The position numbers and the translations under genes were made by a program. From contig JBFMHP010000001.1 in assembly GCA_040752855.1 (NCBI GenBank), forward strand, positions 45,037 to 109,036: a stretch of DNA of 64,000 bases, written 5' to 3'. Each line of letters begins with the position of its first letter. Position 1 is the first letter of the stretch. The notes below the pieces were generated by a model. The model made no database searches. It worked only from the letters and a program-made list of their open reading frames with translations, and was not told the DNA's origin. The stretch is from Pseudomonadota bacterium. Lineage in GTDB: Bacteria > Pseudomonadota > Gammaproteobacteria > RBG-16-57-12. Shown here piece by piece: positions 39,460 through 48,941 of this stretch.

Positions 39460-40689
39460 TTACCGCCACAGCGCGCTCACCGGCAGCGCAACATACTGGT
39501 CGCCAAACGGTATCACCTGATCACCGCCATAGAGCACCACGCCTCGGATAAATTTATCGCCCGCAGCCTGCGCCAGGGTTTCGAGGCCGGTGAGGTCTTT
39601 GCGGGTAAGCGATGCGGTGGCCTTGACCTCGACGCCGACTACGCGGCCGCGGGCGTCTTCGATGACCACATCGACTTCCCGGCCGGTGGTGGAACGGAAA
39701 TGGTAGAGCGATACGCGCTCTTGGGCCCAGCTCGCTTGTTTGCGCAGCTCGGCGACGACAAAGGATTCCAGCAGATGTCCCAGCAGTGTTGCGTCCTCGG
39801 CTAGGCGCTGAGAGGTCTGGCCTGTGAGATAGGCGGCCAGCCCGCTGTCGATGAGGTGGATCTTGGGTGATTTAACGAGCCGCTTGCCCAGGTTGGTAGA
39901 CCATGCCGGCAGCGGTTGGAACAGGAAGGTCATCTCTAGCAGGCTCAAGTAGCGCTTGAGAGTGGTGTGGGCGATGGCGGAGGCGCGCGACAGCTCGGAC
40001 ATGTTGAGCAACCCACCGGAACGCGCAGCGAGCAGGGCCAGGAGGCGTGGCATGTCGGTGAGTCCTTCGATGTGCGCCAGATCGCGGACGTCGCGTTGGA
40101 GGATGGCGGTGATGTAGGCGCCGAACCAAGCCTGGCGTCGGCCTGTATCTTCACGGGCGACGGCTTCCGGGTAGCCGCCGCCAATGATTTGGCTGAGGAT
40201 ATCAATACCGGTCTTTTCCGTATTCGAAAAATCGGGCAACCGCGGAGCAAAAACCGTATCGATGAACCGCTCAACGCGATCAGCAAGCTCTCCCTGGGAC
40301 AGGGGCCACAAGGGTATAGCCTCCATGCGGCCCGCCAGCGACTCGGACAATTGCGGCAGTAGCAGCACATTGGCCGAGCCAGTGAGCAGGAATCGCCCCG
40401 GGCGCCGGTCGGCATCCACTAGTATCTTGATGGCTGGAAACAGCCCCGGCGCCTTCTGCACTTCATCCACCACCACCATGCCCGGCAGGTTACGCAGGAA
40501 GCCATGCGGATCACCCACCGCGGCCGCCAGAGTCGTAGCGTCATCAAGTGTCACGTAGCGCCCCGCTCTCTGAGCGGCGATTTCTTGGGCCAGGGTGCTT
40601 TTGCCGGTCTGGCGGGCACCGTTGAGCAACACCACGGGGGTATCGCGGAGCACGGATTGGAGGTAAGGTTCGATATTTCGCCTGAACAT
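39460..40689 (-). CDS. AAA+ ATPase of the AAA_14/DUF4143 family (paralog of 15003-16454)
   Basis: Walker A LLNGARQTGKST. Same family architecture. Located as a 1.4-kb insertion inside duplication copy 2. Confidence 0.75.
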   Translation of the reverse strand: MFRRNIEPYLQSVLRDTPVVLLNGARQTGKSTLAQEIAAQRAGRYVTLDDATTLAAAVGDPHGFLRNLPGMVVVDEVQKAPGLFPAIKILVDADRRPGRFLLTGSANVLLLPQLSESLAGRMEAIPLWPLSQGELADRVERFIDTVFAPRLPDFSNTEKTGIDILSQIIGGGYPEAVAREDTGRRQAWFGAYITAILQRDVRDLAHIEGLTDMPRLLALLAARSGGLLNMSELSRASAIAHTTLKRYLSLLEMTFLFQPLPAWSTNLGKRLVKSPKIHLIDSGLAAYLTGQTSQRLAEDATLLGHLLESFVVAELRKQASWAQERVSLYHFRSTTGREVDVVIEDARGRVVGVEVKATASLTRKDLTGLETLAQAAGDKFIRGVVLYGGDQVIPFGDQYVALPVSALWR

Positions 40690-40820
40690 GGTGAAATATT
40701 AGCCATCACGTGGTGAATTTTCAACCACGCGACGTTGCCAAACCAGAAAAACCTGGTGCCCACTGAAAATATATCCACCCGCCTGCGGTAGTTCTAGGGA
40801 CAGAACTAATTCGAATTTAT

Positions 40821-41071
40821 CGCCAACCGCAACCCGTTGTGGCCGGCCACAAATGCTTGTGGCCTGACCGTCCGCAATCGCCATTCAAGGTCTCCTCGCA
40901 AGACTAATATCCTGTTGATATTAAATCAATTTATTACTCAGGACGCATGTTGGCACAGCGCTTGCCATTAGGTACACGTGCACAACGTTTTCGTCTGAAG
41001 ACAGCGGCACGAAATCAAGTCTCAAGTCACTACTGCAATTCAACTTAAGGAGATAAAACATGCGTACCAAA
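40821..41071 (+). promoter_or_regulatory. Leader copy 2 upstream of bufA (UAS palindrome 40845-40864 plus sigma-54 promoter)
   Basis: Homologous to 35147-35395. Confidence 0.75.
40951..40965 (+). promoter_or_regulatory. Sigma-54 -24/-12 promoter TGGCAC-agcgc-TTGC (exact consensus)
   Basis: TGGCAC-N5-TTGC with GG-to-GC spacing of 12 nt. About 95 nt upstream of the bufA ATG. Confidence 0.65.
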
Positions 41072-41329
41072 ACAGTCGTCACCTCAGCATTGGCCACCGT
41101 CGTAGTTCTGGGCATCGTGGCCACGGCCTCGGCGCAACCGGCCGCGAAACCGAAGTATGACTTCGAAAAGTGCTATGGCGTGGTAAAGGCTGGCAAGAAC
41201 GATTGCCAGACGGCCAACAGCTCCTGCGCCGGGACCTCGAAGATGGACGCCAACCCGACCGCCTGGATCTATGTGCCCAAGGGGACGTGCGATCGCATCG
41301 TCGGTGCCAGCACCCAACCCAAGGCATGA
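41060..41329 (+). CDS. bufA: DUF2282-type secreted Cys-containing precursor peptide (bufferin BufA-like)
   Basis: 89 aa. Has a Sec signal peptide (MRTKTVVTSALATVVVLGIVATASA). The mature region carries 4 Cys (EKCYG, NDCQT, SSCAG, GTCDR). Immediately precedes the DUF692 gene. Confidence 0.75.
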   Translation: MRTKTVVTSALATVVVLGIVATASAQPAAKPKYDFEKCYGVVKAGKNDCQTANSSCAGTSKMDANPTAWIYVPKGTCDRIVGASTQPKA

Positions 41330-42213
41330 GGATGCAGAGCATGATTCCTTCCGCGAACAATCATTTCGCAGTGGGACCGATTCCGGCGCAAGCCGGAATC
41401 GGATTGCGGGCCGAGCACTATCATGAGGTGGTGGAGACCAAGCCCGCGATCGCCTGGTTCGAGGCGCACAGCGAGAACTACTTCGGTGCCGGCGGCCGTC
41501 CACTGTATTTTCTGGAGCGCGTCCGCGCCGATTATCCGGTGAGTCTGCACGGTGTGGGACTCTCATTGGGCTCCGCCGATGCACTGAACCTGCGCCATCT
41601 CGAGAAGCTGCGGGACTTGATTCAGCGCATCGAGCCCGGGCTGGTTTCCGAGCATCTCTCGTGGGGCTCGGTGGGCGGGCGCTATCTCAACGATCTGCTG
41701 CCGCTGCCCTATACCGATGAGACCTTGCGCCATCTGATCGAGCGCGTGCAACAGGTGCAGGAGTTTCTCGGGCGGCAGATCCTCATCGAGAACATTTCCT
41801 GCTATCTGGAATATGAAGACACCACGCTCGCCGAGCCGCAATTTCTCGCGGAGCTGGCGCGGCGCAGCGGCTGCGCGCTGCTGCTTGATGTCAACAACGT
41901 GTATGTCAACGCCGTCAATCACCGCTTCGATCCCTTTGGCTATGTGGCGGCGATCCCCGCGGATCTGGTGCAGGAGATCCATCTCGCTGGCCACACCCGC
42001 CGGCAGCTTGAAGACGGCGCGATCCTCATCGACACGCACGATCAGCTCGTCACCCCTGCGGTGTGGGAACTCTATCGCGCCGCGGTCGCGCGCCTGGGCC
42101 GCATCCCGACCTTGATCGAATGGGACAGCGATCTACCCGCGCTGGAGGTATTGCTCGCCGAGGCGGCGCACGCCGAGCAGGTGATGGAGGTGGGCTATGC
42201 CGACGTTGCATGA
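41326..42213 (+). CDS. bufB: DUF692 / MNIO (multinuclear non-haem iron-dependent oxidative) enzyme, BufB/MbnB/TglH-like
   Basis: TIM-barrel xylose-isomerase-like pattern (GIGLRAEHY, FEAHSENYF, LHGVGLSLGS, HLSWGS, IENIS, IHLAGH). ATGA start/stop overlap with bufA. Confidence 0.85.
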   Translation: MRMQSMIPSANNHFAVGPIPAQAGIGLRAEHYHEVVETKPAIAWFEAHSENYFGAGGRPLYFLERVRADYPVSLHGVGLSLGSADALNLRHLEKLRDLIQRIEPGLVSEHLSWGSVGGRYLNDLLPLPYTDETLRHLIERVQQVQEFLGRQILIENISCYLEYEDTTLAEPQFLAELARRSGCALLLDVNNVYVNAVNHRFDPFGYVAAIPADLVQEIHLAGHTRRQLEDGAILIDTHDQLVTPAVWELYRAAVARLGRIPTLIEWDSDLPALEVLLAEAAHAEQVMEVGYADVA

Positions 42214-42982
42214 GTTGCAGCAGGGTTTCACTGCCGCGGTGTTCGATGCAAACCGCATCGATGTCTGTCGCCACATCCGTGACAACGGCTTGTCCGCCGC
42301 GCGGCGCCTGCAGATCTATCGTCATGATGTCTTCACCAAGTTCACCGAGGCCCTGGCCGCGGTCTATCCGGTGGTGCAGCGCCTGGTCGGCGCAGCGTTT
42401 TTCGAACAAACCGCCCGGGAGTACATCGTGCACCATCCCGCGCGGTGTGGCGACGTGCAGGCCTTCGGCGACCAATTCGCCGATTTTCTCGCCGCGCTGC
42501 CGCAGGTCTCGGGGTTGCCCTATCTGCCTGATGTGGCGCGCCTGGAATGGGCCTACCACGAGGTCTTTCATGCGGCCGACGCGCCGCCGCTCGACCCGAA
42601 CGCGCTCGCCGCGCTGCCGACTGAAGTGCACGGGGCGCTGCGTTTCATGCTGCATCCCGCCGCGCGGCTGCTGCGCTCGAACTATCCCGTATTGCGCATC
42701 TGGCAGGTGAATCAATCCGAGGCTGACCCCGCCGAGGTGGTGCGCCTCGATGAAGGAGGCGTGCGACTGCTGGTGATTCGGCGCGGGCTGGACATCGAGT
42801 TCGAGACGCTGAGCGAGGGCGCCTTCGCCCTGCTCGATGCCCTCGCGCACGGAGGCACCTTGGCGTTCGCGTGCGAGTGGGCGATCGCTGCGCAGCCGGA
42901 TCTCTCGCTCGTGCATTGCCTGAGCGGACACATTCAACGGGCGACCCTGGTGGGATTTCGCCTCGACTCAACTGCTAACTAG
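42197..42982 (+). CDS. bufC: DUF2063 partner protein (BufC/MbnC/TglI-like)
   Basis: 261 aa. Overlaps bufB by 17 nt. The N-terminus LQQGFTAAV...RLQIYRHDVF is typical of DUF2063. Confidence 0.8.
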   Translation: MPTLHELQQGFTAAVFDANRIDVCRHIRDNGLSAARRLQIYRHDVFTKFTEALAAVYPVVQRLVGAAFFEQTAREYIVHHPARCGDVQAFGDQFADFLAALPQVSGLPYLPDVARLEWAYHEVFHAADAPPLDPNALAALPTEVHGALRFMLHPAARLLRSNYPVLRIWQVNQSEADPAEVVRLDEGGVRLLVIRRGLDIEFETLSEGAFALLDALAHGGTLAFACEWAIAAQPDLSLVHCLSGHIQRATLVGFRLDSTAN

Positions 42983-42992
42983 GAGGTGCCTC

Positions 42993-43475
42993 ATGGCCAC
43001 CATCGCACACGTTCCAAGCAAACCCGTCCAATTCTCGCTGCTGCGCTCGGCCAAGGCATTCATCCGCGGTCTGGACTTCTTGAGCCCGGTGGGCGATCTC
43101 ATCGTGCGCCTGTATCTGGCGCAGGTGTTCTTTCAGGCGGGTCTCACCAAGATCCAGAGCTGGGACAGCACCGTCGCCCTGTTTACCTACGAATACCAGG
43201 TGCCCTTCCTGCCGCCGGAAATCGCGGCCTATATGGGCACCTTTACCGAGCTATTTTTCCCGGTGTTGCTCGCCGTGGGGCTGGCGGGACGCTTCAGCGC
43301 GGCGGTGTTGTTCATCTTCAACATCATCGCGGTCGTCTCCTACCCCGGTCTGATGGAGGCGGGCGTCGAGCAACACAAGGTGTGGGGCATCCTGCTGCTC
43401 ATGCCCTTGTTACACGGCCCCGGCCGGCTGTCGCTGGATTACTTCATCGCCAAGCGATTCTTTGGCGGTGTCTGA
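42993..43475 (+). CDS. bufD: DoxX-family membrane protein (BufD-like)
   Basis: 160 aa with 4 TM helices. Has the DoxX pattern (RLYLAQVFFQAGLTKI...GRLSLD). Confidence 0.8.
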   Translation: MATIAHVPSKPVQFSLLRSAKAFIRGLDFLSPVGDLIVRLYLAQVFFQAGLTKIQSWDSTVALFTYEYQVPFLPPEIAAYMGTFTELFFPVLLAVGLAGRFSAAVLFIFNIIAVVSYPGLMEAGVEQHKVWGILLLMPLLHGPGRLSLDYFIAKRFFGGV

Positions 43476-43508
43476 GTCTGTCAGCAAACACTTTTGAGGA
43501 GATCAACC

Positions 43509-44330
43509 ATGAGTATGTCGCGGCAAATGAATTCGGTATTGGAGGGACAACGCGCCCTGATCACCGGCGCCAACTCCGGCATCGGTGCCGGCATCGCAGT
43601 GGCGCTGGCGGCGGCCGGCGCGCGGGTGGCGGTGAACTTCGTGCGCAGCGCGGAGGACGCCGAACGGGTGGTGGAACACATCCGCGCCCAAGGCGGCGAG
43701 GCCATCGCCGTGAAGACCGATGTGAGTCAAGAGGATCAGGTCGAGGCCATGTTCGACCAGGTGGTGGAGGCCTTCGGCGGGTTGGACATCCTGATCAACA
43801 ACGCGGGGCTGCAAAAGGATGCGCCGTTGGTCGACATGAGCCTCTCCGACTGGGAGGTAGTGATGCGCGTGAATCTCACCGGGCAGTTCCTGTGCGCGCG
43901 GCGCGCGGCACGCGAGTTCATCCGTCAGGGCGTCGATGCGAAGCGTTCGCCGGCCGCGGGCAAGATCATCTGCATCTCCTCGGTGCATGACGTCATCCCC
44001 TGGGCGGGTCATGCCAACTACGCGGCCTCCAAGGGCGGGGTGATGATGCTGATGAAGACCCTGGCGCAGGAGCTCGCCGCGCACAAGATCCGCGTCAACA
44101 GCATCTCGCCCGGGGCGATCAAGACCCCCATCAACCACACCGCCTGGGCCACGCCCGAGAAGGAGGCCGAGCTGCTGGAGCTTATCCCCTACGGGCGGGT
44201 GGGCGAGACCGCCGACATCGGGCGCGCCGCGGTGTGGCTCGCCTCGGACGAATCCGACTACGTGAGCGGTGCGACCCTGTATGTCGACGGCGGGATGACG
44301 CTCTACCCCTCGTTCCGCTATGGAGGCTGA
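43509..44330 (+). CDS. SDR-family oxidoreductase (glucose-1-dehydrogenase / 3-oxoacyl-ACP-reductase-like)
   Basis: TGANSGIG, NNAG, S...Y..SK motifs. GAGGAG RBS before ATG 43509. Confidence 0.85.
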   Translation: MSMSRQMNSVLEGQRALITGANSGIGAGIAVALAAAGARVAVNFVRSAEDAERVVEHIRAQGGEAIAVKTDVSQEDQVEAMFDQVVEAFGGLDILINNAGLQKDAPLVDMSLSDWEVVMRVNLTGQFLCARRAAREFIRQGVDAKRSPAAGKIICISSVHDVIPWAGHANYAASKGGVMMLMKTLAQELAAHKIRVNSISPGAIKTPINHTAWATPEKEAELLELIPYGRVGETADIGRAAVWLASDESDYVSGATLYVDGGMTLYPSFRYGG

Positions 44331-45366
44331 GATGCGCGCGCGACTGCACCACGTCCTTGGTCTTGCCACCGGACTGGCACTGCTCCTCGCAGGCGCGGCG
44401 GCGGCCGAGGCGCCAACCGGCAGCGCCAGCGACTCACGGGGGGATCGCACCGGACTGCCCGAGGGCGAGCAACCGTGGTGGCCGAGCCGCTATGGGGCCG
44501 ACGACCAGCTCGGCACGCTGAACGAGATCACGCCCGCGGTGGTGCGCGCCGCCGCAGCCCTGGTCAAACAGGGCCGGGTGGTGGACCTCGGCCGCGTCCT
44601 GGACGCGGACACGCCCAAGTTTCCCGGCCGTTATTGGCACCAGAGCATCGAGGTCTCGCCCCACTTCACCAACCTGCGCCGCCCCGACCGTCATGGCAAG
44701 GGCTGGGGCAGGAACGAGATCAACTGGATCACCGAGATCCAAGCCGGGACCTTCCAGGTCGGCACCCAGCTCGATTCCATCGGGCATATCCAGATCGGCG
44801 ACCGTTTCTATAACGGCTGGACCGCCCGCGACGTGGTCGAGCCCTGGGGCCTGAACCGTTTCGGCATGGAGGGCGTGCCGCCGATCGTCACGCGCGGCGT
44901 GCTGATCGACATCGCCGCCTACAAGGGCGTGGCGCGACTGCCCAAGGGCTATGTCATCACCGTGGCGGACATGGAGGGTGCCCTCAAGCGCCAGGGCATC
45001 GACATTCGCGCCGGGGATGCGGTGCTGATCCACACCGGCTGGGGCGGTCTGTGGGGCAAGGACAACGCAGCGTTTCTCGATGGCGAGCCGGGGCCGGGCC
45101 TGGCGGTGGTCCAGTGGCTCTACGACCGGCACATCGCCCTCACCGGGGCCGATACCTGGAGCTACGGGCCGGTACCCGGCGAGGACCCCGAGCGGCCGTT
45201 TCTGGTGCCCCAGACCATGTACGTCAAGCTGGGCCTGTTCGGCCTGGAGAATCTCGCCACCGAAGAACTCGCCGCGCGCGGCATCCATGAGTTTCTGTTC
45301 ACGGTCACCCACGCCAAGACGCGCGGTTCCACCGCCGCGGTCATCGCCCCGGCGGCGCTTTATTGA
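44320..45366 (+). CDS. Cyclase-family protein (kynurenine-formamidase-like) with signal peptide
   Basis: PF04199-like metal-binding region (VGTQLDSIGHIQIGDRFYNGW). N-terminal LGLATGLALLLAGAAAA. Confidence 0.7.
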   Translation: MEAEMRARLHHVLGLATGLALLLAGAAAAEAPTGSASDSRGDRTGLPEGEQPWWPSRYGADDQLGTLNEITPAVVRAAAALVKQGRVVDLGRVLDADTPKFPGRYWHQSIEVSPHFTNLRRPDRHGKGWGRNEINWITEIQAGTFQVGTQLDSIGHIQIGDRFYNGWTARDVVEPWGLNRFGMEGVPPIVTRGVLIDIAAYKGVARLPKGYVITVADMEGALKRQGIDIRAGDAVLIHTGWGGLWGKDNAAFLDGEPGPGLAVVQWLYDRHIALTGADTWSYGPVPGEDPERPFLVPQTMYVKLGLFGLENLATEELAARGIHEFLFTVTHAKTRGSTAAVIAPAALY

Positions 45367-45378
45367 GGAGGACGCGAT

Positions 45379-46815
45379 ATGGACCGCCCATATGACTATC
45401 TCATCGTCGGTTCCGGCGCCGGGGGCTCGGCGGCGGCCTACCGGCTGGCCCTGAGCGGCAAGCGCGTGCTGCTGCTGGAGAAGGGCGAACGACTGCCGCG
45501 CGATGGCAGCACGCTCGATCCCGACACCGTGCTGCGCCAGGGCACGTTCAAGAATCACGAGGCCTGGGAGGACGGCGGCGGCAAGACGGTCTTCCCGCAG
45601 GAATACTACAACGTCGGCGGCAAGACCAAATGGTATGGCGCAGCCCTGCTGCGCTTCGCGCCGCACGAATTCGGCGCCGAGGCAGATTACGGCTGCCTGC
45701 CCTGGCCCATCGAATATCAGGATCTCGAACCCTATTACACCGAGGCCGAGCAGTTGTTGGGCACGCGCCACTTCCCGATCGAACCCCAGTTCGGGCGCAT
45801 TGTCGCGCGGCTCACCAATGGTCCCGGCTGGCAATCCCAGCCGATGCCGCTCGGCCTGATGCTGGATATCGCGGCGGATGCAGGCGAGGCCAGTCACTTC
45901 GACGGCTTCGCCTCGGTCAAGGGACTCAAGTTCGATGCCGAGCAGGCCTTTCTCGGGCGCATCACCGCGCCTAACTTCACCCTGGTCACCGGCAAGGCGG
46001 TCAGCGAATTGCTGGCGCACCCGGACGGGCGGCGCATCCAGGGCGTGGCCTGCGCCGACGGCAGCCGCTACCAGGCCGAGGTGGTGCTGCTCGCCGCCGG
46101 CGCGCTGCATTCACCGCGTCTGTTGCAGCACTACGTGGAGCGCGCGGGCCTCACCGCGGCCCTGCCCGGCGCGGGCCTGATCGGGCGGTACTACAAGTGC
46201 CACCTCAACACCGCCTTGCTCGCTTTCTCACGCCACCGCAAGACCGATCTGCTGTGCAAGACGGCGTTGCTGCGTCATGCGGACTTCCCGCACAGCAGCG
46301 TGCAACCGCTGGGCGGCGCGCTGGAGGGGGACATCCTGTCGGGCGAGCTCTCCCCCTGGGTGCCGCACCGCCTGTGCGCCGGCCTGGGCCATCATGCCTA
46401 CGGCTTTTTCCTCACCACCGAGGACGCCAGCGCCGCGGATAACCGTGTGGTGAGCGAAGGCAACGGCACCCTGCACCCGCGCCTCGACTATCAGCGCCGC
46501 CGCATCCCCAAAGCCGCGGCGGAACATCGCGCCTTCGTGGGCCGCTTCCGTCGCGCCCTGTTGCGCAGCGGCTTCGTGAGCTTCGCCCGCGCCATGCCGC
46601 TCGAGGCTACGGCGCATGCCTGCGGCACCCTGGTGACCGGCGCCGATCCCGCCCGCTCCGTGGTGGATCGTAACGGCCGGGTGCACGGCCTGGAGAATCT
46701 GTACGTGGTGGACGGCAGCGTGCTGGCGCGCTCCAGTCGCGTCAATCCCTCACTCACCATCTATGCCTGGGCGCTGCGCACCGCCGCAGGCCTCGAACCG
46801 GGAGGACACGCATGA
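45379..46815 (+). CDS. GMC-family FAD-dependent oxidoreductase
   Basis: N-terminal YDYLIVGSGAGGSAAAYRL FAD-binding motif. C-terminal GMC signature region (DGSVL...NPSLTIYA). Confidence 0.85.
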   Translation: MDRPYDYLIVGSGAGGSAAAYRLALSGKRVLLLEKGERLPRDGSTLDPDTVLRQGTFKNHEAWEDGGGKTVFPQEYYNVGGKTKWYGAALLRFAPHEFGAEADYGCLPWPIEYQDLEPYYTEAEQLLGTRHFPIEPQFGRIVARLTNGPGWQSQPMPLGLMLDIAADAGEASHFDGFASVKGLKFDAEQAFLGRITAPNFTLVTGKAVSELLAHPDGRRIQGVACADGSRYQAEVVLLAAGALHSPRLLQHYVERAGLTAALPGAGLIGRYYKCHLNTALLAFSRHRKTDLLCKTALLRHADFPHSSVQPLGGALEGDILSGELSPWVPHRLCAGLGHHAYGFFLTTEDASAADNRVVSEGNGTLHPRLDYQRRRIPKAAAEHRAFVGRFRRALLRSGFVSFARAMPLEATAHACGTLVTGADPARSVVDRNGRVHGLENLYVVDGSVLARSSRVNPSLTIYAWALRTAAGLEPGGHA

Positions 46816-48887
46816 ACGCCTCACTGCCCGACTTCATCCGTTTTGGCCGCGAGATCTGCGGCGACCTCGCCCAGGCTGAACGGCGCGAGTGGTGGCTCGC
46901 CAACGGGCTGGGGGCGTATGCCGCCGGCACCGTGGCGGGCACCCTCACGCGCCGCTACCACGGTCTGCTGATCGCGCCGCTCGCGCCCCCGCTCGGACGC
47001 TTCCTGGTGCTGGCCAAGGCCGATGCCACGCTGCACAATGGCGCGCGGCGCTTGCCTCTCTACACCAACCGCTGGGGCGGGGAGGTGGTCGATCCCGCCG
47101 GGCATGTGCACATCGAATCCTTCCGGCTCGAGGGCCGCATGCCGGTGTGGCGCTATGCCGTGGACGGACTCACGCTGGAGCAGCGCATCTGGCTGGAACC
47201 GGGATCGCACACCAGTTACGTCGCCTGGCGCGTGGAAGCCGCGCCAAACGCGCCGGAGCGCGCGCTGCGGCTCAGTGTGAAGCTCCTGGTCAACGCCCGC
47301 GATCACCACGGCAGCAGCCAGCCCTGGGGCTTCAATCCGGTCATCGAAAACGATACCAACACGCTGCGCGTGATCCACCCCAACTGGTTCACCCTGCATC
47401 TCCACGCTCGGGGCGGGGTCCTCGCGAGCGATCACAGCTGGTACGAGAACTTCGATTTACCCGTGGAACGCGAGCGCGGCCTACCCGAGCGCGACACTCA
47501 TCTCTGCGTCGGCACGGCCCAACTCGACCTCACGCCGGGCGAGTGGGTGGGGGTGGTGGCGAGTCTCCAGCCCCAGCCTTCCCTGTATCTCGACGAGGCG
47601 ATGCGCCGCTTCGCCGCGCATGACCGGGGACAGCTGCGCCGCATGCAGGTCACCGTCCCCGAGTTCCACGCGGCCCCGGACTGGATCCAACAGCTGGCGC
47701 TTGCCGCCGACAGCTTTTTATTCGCGCGTCCGCTGCCCGACCTCCCCGAGGGGGAATCGGTGATCGCCGGTTACCCCTGGTTCGGCGACTGGGGGCGCGA
47801 CACCATGATCGCCCTGCCGGGCCTGACCTTGGCCACCGGCCGCCACGACAGCGCGCGGCGCATCCTGGAGACCTTCGCCCGCTTCGTCGACCGGGGCATG
47901 CTGCCGAACGTCTTCCCCGGCGCGGGTGAGCACGCCGACTACAACACCGTCGACGCGGCCTTGTGGTATGTCGAGGCATGGCGCGCCTATGTCGAGGCGA
48001 GCGGGGATCTGGCCAGCCTGCGCCGGGTGTTTCCGGTACTCGCCGACATCATCCGCTGGCATGTCGCGGGCACCCGCTACGGCATCGGCATGGACACCGC
48101 CGACGGGCTGCTGCGCGCCGGCGAGCCCGGGGTGCAGCTCACCTGGATGGACGCCAAGGTCGGCGACTGGGTGGTCACGCCGCGCATCGGCAAGCCGGTG
48201 GAGATCAGCGCGCTGTGGTTCAACGCCTTGCAGATCATGGCGGGTTTCGCCCGCCAGCTCGGCGAGGCCACCGAGGACTATCAGGCGCTCGCCGAGCAGG
48301 TCCGCCAAGGCATGCAGCGCTTCATCACCCCCGGGCGCCACGGTCTGTTCGACGTGCTCGACGGCCCTGCTGGCAATGACGCCAGCGTGCGCCCGAACCA
48401 GATCTTCGCGGTGAGTCTGCCGCACAGCGCGCTCGAACCTGCGATGCAGCGGGCGGTGGTCACGCAATGCGCCGAACAGCTGCTCACCTCCTACGGCCTG
48501 CGGTCTCTCGCCCCGGATCACCCGGACTTCCGCCCCCATTACCAGGGAGGGGTGGGAGAGCGCGATGGGGGCTATCACCAAGGCCCGGTCTGGGGCTGGC
48601 TGCTGGGGCATTTCGCCTTGGCGGAGTATCGGGTCTCGGGCGATGCACATGCGGCGCAACGGCGGCTTGAACCGATCCGCAATCATCTGCTCGACGCCGG
48701 CCTGGGCACCGTGAGCGAGATCTTCGACGGCGCCCCGCCGCATACCCCGCGCGGTGCCCCGGCCCAGGCCTGGTCGGTGGCAGCGGTGTTGGAGGCCTGG
48801 TGGCGCCTGGAGCGCGCCCGGCGCGCCGCGGCGGACCGGCCGCAGCTTGCGCGGGTGCGGCGGGATGCAGTGGTCGCAGAAACTTAG
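46812..48887 (+). CDS. Glycogen-debranching-enzyme-like amylo-alpha-1,6-glucosidase (GDE_N + GDE_C)
   Basis: N-terminal EWWLANGLGAYAAGTVAGTLTRRYHGLL matches the GDE N-domain. The C-terminal half is (alpha/alpha)6-like. Confidence 0.8.
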   Translation: MNASLPDFIRFGREICGDLAQAERREWWLANGLGAYAAGTVAGTLTRRYHGLLIAPLAPPLGRFLVLAKADATLHNGARRLPLYTNRWGGEVVDPAGHVHIESFRLEGRMPVWRYAVDGLTLEQRIWLEPGSHTSYVAWRVEAAPNAPERALRLSVKLLVNARDHHGSSQPWGFNPVIENDTNTLRVIHPNWFTLHLHARGGVLASDHSWYENFDLPVERERGLPERDTHLCVGTAQLDLTPGEWVGVVASLQPQPSLYLDEAMRRFAAHDRGQLRRMQVTVPEFHAAPDWIQQLALAADSFLFARPLPDLPEGESVIAGYPWFGDWGRDTMIALPGLTLATGRHDSARRILETFARFVDRGMLPNVFPGAGEHADYNTVDAALWYVEAWRAYVEASGDLASLRRVFPVLADIIRWHVAGTRYGIGMDTADGLLRAGEPGVQLTWMDAKVGDWVVTPRIGKPVEISALWFNALQIMAGFARQLGEATEDYQALAEQVRQGMQRFITPGRHGLFDVLDGPAGNDASVRPNQIFAVSLPHSALEPAMQRAVVTQCAEQLLTSYGLRSLAPDHPDFRPHYQGGVGERDGGYHQGPVWGWLLGHFALAEYRVSGDAHAAQRRLEPIRNHLLDAGLGTVSEIFDGAPPHTPRGAPAQAWSVAAVLEAWWRLERARRAAADRPQLARVRRDAVVAET

Positions 48888-48941
48888 GGTGGGTTCAGCC
48901 CCACACACTCATCACTCACTTCGGTTGAGGAGGACTCAACA

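Noticed and set aside
41170-41325. Upstream extension of the DUF692 ORF (start at 41170) overlapping bufA
   Set aside because: The conserved DUF692 N-terminus begins near MRMQSMIPS. The ATG at 41326 overlaps the bufA stop (ATGA), as is typical. The extension would overlap most of the precursor gene.
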